Shown one piece after another: positions 56,939 to 64,000 of a DNA stretch of 64,000 nucleotides. The DNA comes from an uncultured Oleiphilus sp. (GTDB taxonomy: Bacteria; Pseudomonadota; Gammaproteobacteria; Pseudomonadales; Halomonadaceae). The DNA lies in NCBI GenBank assembly GCA_964342385.1, contig CAYFGP010000003.1, positions 69,244 to 133,243 of the forward strand, in the 5' to 3' direction. Position 1 is the stretch's first letter; every line of letters starts with the position of its first letter. Below the pieces are notes generated by a model. That model searched no databases, was not told the DNA's origin, and saw nothing but the letters and a program-made list of their open reading frames with translations. Position numbers and translations under genes: made by a program.

Positions 56939-57628
56939 TTACTGATTAGAAGAAGACTTAGCTATACAAGAGTCTTCCTTTAACATCCACTTGGCCATCA
57001 GCCAGCCACTGGCGTAACAGATATAGCCTGAGAAGATAATATCACTCAGAAAGTGCCCGCCCTGAATTACTCGAATACCACCAACAAACAAGCCTAAAGC
57101 TATACCAAACGTCATCCAGCGGCGGCAACGGAATACCCAACCCAGTGCGATAAAGGCAAACCCCATGGCGGCATGGCCGCTCACAAATGAGCAGTTTTTC
57201 TGACACTGGTTACTCACTTCTAGTGGTGGCGTAAAGTTCAGTTGGCCGCCAAACTCTACTACGTCCCTTGGACGGGCTCGATCCCAGTTATCTTTAAAGC
57301 CGGTGTGTACAATGATGCCAGGGCCAATCAGGAGAAAGGCAAGCATAAAGTAAGATTTTCGCTTGTGGGTTCTACTCCATTCTGGTGCTTGTTTAAGTAG
57401 AGGGACTAGGCATAACGCGAGTAATAGGGGAATGATAACGTTGGGAAGTTCCTTGAAGAGCCAGTAGATAAACTGTACAAACAGATTGTCGTTGGCGGGG
57501 AAACTCACTGTGGTCGGGTCATAGAATAACCCTGTTATCATGATGTCCAGCTCGGGCCAGAGGGTGAACAGAAGCGCTGCGAATAGGAAACTTGTGGAAG
57601 CTATGCCAAATGGCCATTTTTTTATCAT
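56939..57628 (-). CDS. PAP2 family integral membrane phosphatase (lipid A 4'-phosphatase LpxF-like)
   Basis: KDNWDRARP (K-x6-RP), SFVSGH and RVIQGGHFLSD motifs; several TM helices. Confidence 0.85.
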   Translation of the reverse strand: MIKKWPFGIASTSFLFAALLFTLWPELDIMITGLFYDPTTVSFPANDNLFVQFIYWLFKELPNVIIPLLLALCLVPLLKQAPEWSRTHKRKSYFMLAFLLIGPGIIVHTGFKDNWDRARPRDVVEFGGQLNFTPPLEVSNQCQKNCSFVSGHAAMGFAFIALGWVFRCRRWMTFGIALGLFVGGIRVIQGGHFLSDIIFSGYICYASGWLMAKWMLKEDSCIAKSSSNQ

Positions 57629-57917
57629 CGTAAGTTCCGTACATTTTTTTATTATTGGTAGAGGCTAAGTTCGTTTAGCCACACTGACGTTACCAAAACA
57701 CGTAAAAATTTCAAATTTATGACTCATATTGAGCCCTTCTAATATCGGGTGAATATAGAATATTTGGTTATAGAGCTGCTTGGTCAAAGATTGTCGCAAC
57801 GGAATATTAAGGAAAGATTAAGAGATCAGCGGTGGAAAAAATGTTAGAGGTTGAGAAGACGCATTTACTGCAGAAGTGTTGATAAATGCGTCAGCTCGAT
57901 GTGTGAATAGGGGCGAT

Positions 57918-60149
57918 TTACATACCATTTGCTCGAAGAATACGTTGCTCAATTCCCTGTTTCAGTACACCACTGTTTTTATACACCAATGTGAACCTGT
58001 CTTTGGCTCGGGTGATGCCGGTGTAGATCAGCTCTTTACTCAACACTGGTGAGTTATGCTCTGGTAGCACTAAAACGGTGTGATTAAACTCAGAGCCCTG
58101 AGATTTATGCACCGTCATGGCAAATACAGTTTCGACCGCTTGCAAACGGCTGGGTAGAATCCAGCGGATACGTTCTGAGCCATCGCCCATAGGGAAGGCG
58201 ACTCGCAGCATAAACTTGAAAGAACCATCATTCTGCTTAACCGGTACCTGCAGAGTGATACCGATATCACCGTTCATCAGCTTTAGGCTGTAGTCATTGC
58301 TGGTAACCAGTACGGGGCGACCGGGATACCAGATCTGGCCTTCTCCTTTAAGCTTACGGCGTAAAATCTCGCGAATACGGATATTTAGCCCTTCGATACC
58401 CCATTCGCCACGACGCAATGCGGTGAGCAGTTGGAAGCGGGAGTATTGTTTAATCACGCTAGCCGCCCATTGATCTAATACGGCTTGTCGCTGGGTATCC
58501 TGCCCTAGTGCCAGAAGTGATGGTTGCTCCTGGTTACTTTGCAGGTTTGCGCTGAAATCTTGGCTATGGGGTTGATAAGATTGTGATAAGGGTGAGGTAT
58601 TCACCATATCCAGATAGGGGCCGTAGCCATTTCGAATCAGCTGCTCAAAGCTTCTGTCTTGCTGATCCTGTATCACCCGTTGATCAATATCTGTTTGTCC
58701 TGACTTCAGCGTTTTAACCGCTTGTTGGCTTTGGCATTGGTTAACTGCATCGGCCAGTTGTTTAATACCACTGTCATTAGAGAAACGATAACTCTTGCGC
58801 AGCATTGCCACGGCCTGATCCAGCTTTTGGCCCTGAATATCCTCAAACTGATCACTGATCTGTTCGCCGGTAACTCGCTGCAACCATTGCAGCGTTTCGG
58901 GCTGATAGTGTCCAAGGTCGGCGCGTTCACACAGGCTACCCAAGACAGAGCCAGCTTCCACCGAAGCCAGCTGGTCTTTATCGCCCAGTAGGATTAGACG
59001 GGCTTTGGGCTTGAGTGCATCCATCAAGCGAGACATCATCTCAACGTCAATCATCGAGGCTTCATCCACTACCACAATATCTGCGGTTAAAGGATTGTGC
59101 TTATGATGGCGGAAGTGACGACTATCAGGTCGTGCGCCCAATAAACGGTGCAGTGTGGTCACTTCTGTTGGGATATGGGCTCTAACGGCTTCATCCATAC
59201 CCAATTGATTACCGTCATTCAGGCCTTGCAGATCCAGACTGGCGATACGACCGCTGAGGGATTCATTCAGTCGGGCTGCGGCTTTACCGGTTGGTGCCGC
59301 GAGAGCGATCTGTAGACCTTGGCTGGATTGTTTCAGTGCGACAAACTGCAATAGGGCCAGTAGATTGATAACCGTGGTTGTTTTACCGGTACCTGGACCG
59401 CCGGTGATAATAGCAAAGGCACTCTTGGCCGCGAGAGCACAAGCCACTTTTTGCCAGTTGGTATCATTGGATATATCCGCGTTATCTTTTGGCTTGAACA
59501 GGTAGCTTAAGGCTTGCTGGCTATCTTGTTCTGGCAATGCGACGGGCAACGATAATAAACGTTCCAGATGGCTAAGAATCTCTTGCTCGTACTGCCAGTA
59601 ACGGCGCAGATAGAGCAGAGGTTGGATAATTGTTTTAGCTGTTTTTGCTTTTTTACCTTTCGATGGAGCTGAAAGTTCTGATTTTAGGAACAGTACCAGA
59701 GGCGCTTGTGCCGAGTTGAGTTCCCCTTCCGTATCCACCAGTAGGTTGTTCTGCTGTAGCGTTACCTGCCACTGGGCAAGCGTCACCTGTTCCAGCAGTT
59801 GATCCGGTGTGAGTACCGCTTCGGCTAGTTCTGGCAGATCTTCTGGTGGCATAGAGAGCACAAAGTTTGGTCTTTGCAGACACTGGGCCAGATCCAGGCA
59901 GACGTGACCACGACCGGTTTGGTGGCTGGCCAGAGCGGCGGTCAGCAGTACCAAAGCATCCATCTCTTGAGCCTGATCCTGCAGGAAACGGGCACAGGCC
60001 AGATCCAAGGCTCTTAACCAACCTTTATTGACCCATTGCTGTAACAGCATCAGCATTACCTGTGGTTGCTGTAGAGCGGATTTGGCTGTAATCACTGGGA
60101 CTTGAGCCTCTTCATTCAACCAGGGCATTTGCATGGATTGAGAAAACAT
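57918..60149 (-). CDS. recD: Exodeoxyribonuclease V alpha subunit
   Basis: GGPGTGKTT, TLHRLLG, VVVDEASM, LGDKDQLASV, AMTVHKSQGSEF, LIYTGITRAK. The ATG overlaps the recB stop (TAATG) with GGAGG upstream. Confidence 0.96.
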   Translation of the reverse strand: MFSQSMQMPWLNEEAQVPVITAKSALQQPQVMLMLLQQWVNKGWLRALDLACARFLQDQAQEMDALVLLTAALASHQTGRGHVCLDLAQCLQRPNFVLSMPPEDLPELAEAVLTPDQLLEQVTLAQWQVTLQQNNLLVDTEGELNSAQAPLVLFLKSELSAPSKGKKAKTAKTIIQPLLYLRRYWQYEQEILSHLERLLSLPVALPEQDSQQALSYLFKPKDNADISNDTNWQKVACALAAKSAFAIITGGPGTGKTTTVINLLALLQFVALKQSSQGLQIALAAPTGKAAARLNESLSGRIASLDLQGLNDGNQLGMDEAVRAHIPTEVTTLHRLLGARPDSRHFRHHKHNPLTADIVVVDEASMIDVEMMSRLMDALKPKARLILLGDKDQLASVEAGSVLGSLCERADLGHYQPETLQWLQRVTGEQISDQFEDIQGQKLDQAVAMLRKSYRFSNDSGIKQLADAVNQCQSQQAVKTLKSGQTDIDQRVIQDQQDRSFEQLIRNGYGPYLDMVNTSPLSQSYQPHSQDFSANLQSNQEQPSLLALGQDTQRQAVLDQWAASVIKQYSRFQLLTALRRGEWGIEGLNIRIREILRRKLKGEGQIWYPGRPVLVTSNDYSLKLMNGDIGITLQVPVKQNDGSFKFMLRVAFPMGDGSERIRWILPSRLQAVETVFAMTVHKSQGSEFNHTVLVLPEHNSPVLSKELIYTGITRAKDRFTLVYKNSGVLKQGIEQRILRANGM

Positions 60150-63100
60150 TAGCACGCCTCCTGGCTGATACCGGCAAACAGTTGATCCAGTTGTTCGATT
60201 AAGATTTTTTCTGGTCGATCAGCAAATACGCCCTGGCTATCGCTATGGCTACCGCGTAGAAACAGATACAGGGCCCCGCCGACATGCTGATCGTAATCAT
60301 AGTTCGGTAGTCGGGATTTTAGGTGGCGATGCAGCGCCAGAATATATAGCAGGTACTGCATGTCGTAACGTTTTTTCAGGATCGCTTCCAGCATACTGCT
60401 GTAGTGATAATCGCTGTTTTCCGGGCCGATATAGTTGGATTTCCAGTCGATCACGTAATAACGACCATCGTGTTGTACCACCAAATCGATAAAACCTTTC
60501 AACATGCCGTTGAGTTCATTGGCTAAGATCTCGGGCCGAGGTTGGCTGTTTAAACTGTACTGGCGCACCAGTTGATCCATGGCTTGAGTTTTAACGTGAT
60601 GGGCTTCAAACCAAAATTCCATCTCAGCCTGATAGATTTCGAGGGCTGAGAGTTGTAATGGTGCGTGGCTCATCTCTGTTTGAGTGGTTTGCTGAGAGGT
60701 CTCGGTACGAGCACTGGCAAAAGCTTGCTCCAGATCCCAAGGCGTTGATAAGAAATCTTCCAACCAGAGATTGAGTGGATTAATCCACTGTTGCCAACCC
60801 CGCAGCTGACAGCGGCGACTGAGCATGTCCAAACGGTCCGCTTCATTGCTAATCGCTAGGTCAAAGCCTTCTTCTGCAGCCCATTCCAGCAGACCATGAA
60901 GGAAGGTACCGGCGTTAGCCCCTCGGGGGAACAGGTGCAGTTCACGCAGTAGCTGCTTGGATTCTGCATCCAGTACCGCGGCACTAAGTTGAATATCCCC
61001 CATCTGATCGGATTCTTCTTCTGCTGTGGCTTGCAGGGCCGTATCAGGCGCGTCCGGTAGAGTAGGGGCTTCTGTTTCACTCGGCTCAAACTCATTTAAG
61101 GTGTTGAGAGTAATTGAAGGATCTGTGCCATTGCTACCCGTCACTGCTCCGGTTTGTAAGCTTGAATAACTGGCGATCCACCAGGGATCTCTGGGCTGAA
61201 CCTGGCTAATTTGCGCATGTCCCAGAGTCTGCTGATTGCTCTCTGCAAAACAGAAATCGTTTGCTTCAGGTAGCGTATCCAACTGAATATAAGATGACTT
61301 CTCGGTGAGTTCCGTCAAATTGAGTTGCAAGCCTTCAGCAGTAAACTCAGCACCACCATTCAATAGATAACCCAGCGCCCCTTTTTCCAGCTGTGGCTTT
61401 TTGCTATTACCTACTGCAAGCGGTGCAACACCTAACCAGGTAGCGTATTTAGCACGGGTTAAGGCTACGTATAATAAACGCAGATCTTCACTGAGGCGTT
61501 CGGCATCGGCTATTAGCCAGCTTTCCGGTGCGCCTTTTTTACCGGCCAGTTCCATAATGCGTTCGCCGTTATTTGGCTGATAGCTGAACAGATCACTGGA
61601 GGCTTCTTTCCAGCTGGCGATAAATGGCAGAAATACCAGTGGGTATTCCAAACCTTTGGATTTGTGGATGGTGACCACTTTCACCAAATCATCGTCACTT
61701 TCCAGGCGAAGGATAAACTCATCTGCGCTTTCGCCAATATGTTCGGCCAGGAAGCGAATCAGGGCAAAGTCACCTTCGATAGTGCTGGCACATTCCTGTA
61801 GCCATTCTGCCAGATGCAATACGTTGGTCAGACGGCGTTCACCACCGGATTGTGTCAACAGGCGGGCAGGAAGTTCAAAGTCGTGCAGCAAACGATGGCA
61901 CATCGCTAGTACACCCTGTTGCCACCATAGGCGACGATACAGACTGAACTGTTCAACCTTGCTTTCCCACGCCAATTCATCATGGTTAAGCTGATCTAGC
62001 GCTTCAATGGGCAGATCCAGTGTACTGGTCGCCAGTGCATTTCTGAGCAGCGTATCCCGGTTAGGTTCGGCGCAGGCTTTTAACCAGATGAGCAGATCTT
62101 CCGCTTCCTGGGTGGCAAATACGGAATCCCGATCTGATAAATAAACACTGTTTACATTGCGGTTGGCTAGCGCGGTTTGAATGGCATCCGCTTCGGTTTT
62201 ATTACGCACCAGAATAGCGATATTGCTGGGCTTAACCCCTTGGATAGGGTTTTCATGAGAGCCCGAGCTTTGTCTACTTGAAGCAGAACCAAAACCGGCT
62301 TGGTTTTGCTGACCCAGGTTGAGTAAACGCACAATCTCGCTGGCACTGCTTTCGGCCATAGCAACACGGTAGCTGGTGCTATTCACCTTTTCTAAGCCTT
62401 CTTCTGGTGGCAGATGCCATAGCTGCATGGCGGGGGCGGTCTGGCCCTGAATGATAAAGCTATCGACTTTACCCTGAGCATCCACTGCCTCAAACGGTAG
62501 ATCATCTCCCTGAAAGCGGAAGGGGCCGTAGGCGTAGTGTGAGGCTTGCTCAAATAGGGTATTGGTCGCTTCGACTACACCCCGTGTCGAGCGGTAGTTT
62601 TTCTTGAGCGTATGATGACGGCCTTTGGTGGCTGATTTTGCCTGTAGATAGGTATAGATATCCGCACCCCGGAAAGCGTAAATCGCCTGCTTGGGATCGC
62701 CAATCAGAATCAGTCCGTTATCGGGATTGTTCTCTTCCAGTTTGTAGACAGTATTAAAAATTCGGTACTGAATGGGGTCGGTATCCTGAAACTCATCAAT
62801 CAGGGCAACGGGAAATTGCTGGCGAATACTTGCTGCGAGAGCTTCACCCTGATCACCTTGCAGTGCTTGATCCAGCTGGCTGAGTAGATCATCAAAACCC
62901 ATCTGTGCTTTGGCTTGCTGGCGCTGATTAAAGGTGCTTTGACACCATAGCGCAGCGTGGACTAACAGCTCTTGTTTTAAGCTGCTGCCGTCGGCTTCTT
63001 CGCTCAGTGCATCCTGCCATTGTTTAAGTGCAGCAAATACCGGAAAATCTGGCTCGGGTTGATCCTTACCTTTTTTATAGGCAAAGCGACCGCTGGCAAA

Positions 63101-64000
63101 GTTACCCAGTTTAGATGGCGCTTTTTGACCCTGTGACCAGTCCGCGATCTCCGCTAAAAAGGCGTTAAATTTATCCGGTTTGCTGGAGTTATGTTTGGTG
63201 CCGTTTAAGCTGGGTTGCAGCTCAGTCAGGGCCTGCTCAATACCTGCTTTATCTTTTAACCATAAGTTTCTGGCGTTGTTTTCCAGCTCAATCAGCTGGT
63301 TTTGATGGGTGAGTTCCTGTAATAGCCTGTCGGTAACATTGAACTCACCATTAAGCTCATGACCCTGATAGTAAATCCGGCCCGAACTGATCTTTAATAA
63401 GGGGAGTAAAGCGTGTTTAAGCGCATCAGGGCTCGGAAAGTTCTGTAATACCAGTAGGGCTGCTTCAGGCCTTAAAGAATAAAAATGACTGCGCCAATAA
63501 TCTTGTACCACCTGTTCCAGTAGCTCTGATTGATCAGTTACCAGTTCCTGATCAAACAGGCTGCCACTATGAAAAGCGTGTTCATGCAACATGCGGTGAC
63601 ACCAACCGTGGATGGTGGAGATAGAAGACTCATCCATCCATTCCGCTGCTTGAATCAGCTGGCGGGTGCACTGGCTGTATTGTTCAGGTTCGATATCCTG
63701 CCGTAGATGAACCAGAGGATTACCGCTGTCGTGATCTTTGAGATCATCAAATTCACTTTCATTGAGTGCAAAGATATCCGCCGCCTCAACCAGCTTAGCA
63801 CGGATACGATCTCTCAGTTCCTGTGTCGCAGCATCGGTAAAGGTTACTACCAGAATCTCGGGTGGCATCAATGGCCGTTGATAGCCATTTTCGCCGCCAT
63901 GGCCCAGCACCAGTCGAGTATATAAGTGAGCCAGGGTAAAGGTTTTACCGGTACCTGCACTGGCTTCAATCAGCTGACTGCCTTTTAGGGGAAAGCGAAT
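60149..64000 (-). CDS. recB: Exodeoxyribonuclease V beta subunit (5' end lies beyond the window)
   Basis: In-frame from 64000: IRFPLKGSQLIEASAGTGKTFT; VTFTDAAT, LIDEFQDTD, IGDPKQAIYAFRGAD, TIHKSKGLEY; nuclease GFIDLV...IDWKSN. Confidence 0.97.
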   Translation of the reverse strand: MRFPLKGSQLIEASAGTGKTFTLAHLYTRLVLGHGGENGYQRPLMPPEILVVTFTDAATQELRDRIRAKLVEAADIFALNESEFDDLKDHDSGNPLVHLRQDIEPEQYSQCTRQLIQAAEWMDESSISTIHGWCHRMLHEHAFHSGSLFDQELVTDQSELLEQVVQDYWRSHFYSLRPEAALLVLQNFPSPDALKHALLPLLKISSGRIYYQGHELNGEFNVTDRLLQELTHQNQLIELENNARNLWLKDKAGIEQALTELQPSLNGTKHNSSKPDKFNAFLAEIADWSQGQKAPSKLGNFASGRFAYKKGKDQPEPDFPVFAALKQWQDALSEEADGSSLKQELLVHAALWCQSTFNQRQQAKAQMGFDDLLSQLDQALQGDQGEALAASIRQQFPVALIDEFQDTDPIQYRIFNTVYKLEENNPDNGLILIGDPKQAIYAFRGADIYTYLQAKSATKGRHHTLKKNYRSTRGVVEATNTLFEQASHYAYGPFRFQGDDLPFEAVDAQGKVDSFIIQGQTAPAMQLWHLPPEEGLEKVNSTSYRVAMAESSASEIVRLLNLGQQNQAGFGSASSRQSSGSHENPIQGVKPSNIAILVRNKTEADAIQTALANRNVNSVYLSDRDSVFATQEAEDLLIWLKACAEPNRDTLLRNALATSTLDLPIEALDQLNHDELAWESKVEQFSLYRRLWWQQGVLAMCHRLLHDFELPARLLTQSGGERRLTNVLHLAEWLQECASTIEGDFALIRFLAEHIGESADEFILRLESDDDLVKVVTIHKSKGLEYPLVFLPFIASWKEASSDLFSYQPNNGERIMELAGKKGAPESWLIADAERLSEDLRLLYVALTRAKYATWLGVAPLAVGNSKKPQLEKGALGYLLNGGAEFTAEGLQLNLTELTEKSSYIQLDTLPEANDFCFAESNQQTLGHAQISQVQPRDPWWIASYSSLQTGAVTGSNGTDPSITLNTLNEFEPSETEAPTLPDAPDTALQATAEEESDQMGDIQLSAAVLDAESKQLLRELHLFPRGANAGTFLHGLLEWAAEEGFDLAISNEADRLDMLSRRCQLRGWQQWINPLNLWLEDFLSTPWDLEQAFASARTETSQQTTQTEMSHAPLQLSALEIYQAEMEFWFEAHHVKTQAMDQLVRQYSLNSQPRPEILANELNGMLKGFIDLVVQHDGRYYVIDWKSNYIGPENSDYHYSSMLEAILKKRYDMQYLLYILALHRHLKSRLPNYDYDQHVGGALYLFLRGSHSDSQGVFADRPEKILIEQLDQLFAGISQEAC

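Noticed and set aside
60149-63910. ORF-track start of recB at 63910
   Set aside because: The frame stays open to the window edge and contains the Walker A (EASAGTGKT) upstream of 63910, so the true start lies outside the window.
3245-63925. Numerous antisense or alternate-frame ORFs nested in long genes (e.g. 21884-22696, 43774-44361, 18018-18488)
   Set aside because: They are shadows of well-supported genes and contain no independent motifs.
1-64000. tRNA, rRNA, tmRNA, CRISPR-cas and retron loci
   Set aside because: No cloverleaf/T-loop pattern, rRNA-like segment, repeat-spacer array or reverse transcriptase motif was seen on reading; tRNAscan/Infernal would be needed to exclude them formally.

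Overview
A 64 kb chromosomal stretch of what reads like a marine gammaproteobacterium (inferred from gene content). Housekeeping and nutrient modules alternate with AT-richer accessory blocks. Left to right: the 3' end of a DUF1501-like gene; an AraC regulator; a solute-binding protein; an AlkP-superfamily hydrolase plus a Dpp/Opp-type ABC importer and a HAD phosphatase; a PAS/CZB chemoreceptor; a MOSC protein and hypotheticals; a MocR regulator divergent from a fused indolepyruvate:ferredoxin oxidoreductase, with four 9-bp operator half-sites between them; a candidate ~80-nt sRNA; an 11 kb defence island (hsdM-hsdS-[ABC-like ATPase with altered Walker B]-[Fic]-[SIR2]-hsdR-[PLD nuclease]); a complete ferric-citrate-type fecBCDE / fecIRA system; a lipoprotein adenosine deaminase; a lambda-like immunity remnant whose CI-like repressor has lost its Ser-Lys dyad but keeps repeated operators; a decayed IS630; an AT-rich two-gene unit (flavin amine oxidase abutting a kinase-STAND-helical repeat protein); a PAP2 phosphatase; and recD-recB (recB runs off the window). 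The best candidates for undescribed systems are the amine oxidase/kinase-STAND pair, the SIR2 (plus Fic/ATPase) cargo in the PrrC slot of a type I RM system, and the non-cleavable repressor switch. No tRNA, rRNA, CRISPR array or integrase was seen. All family assignments come from motif recognition, not database searches.
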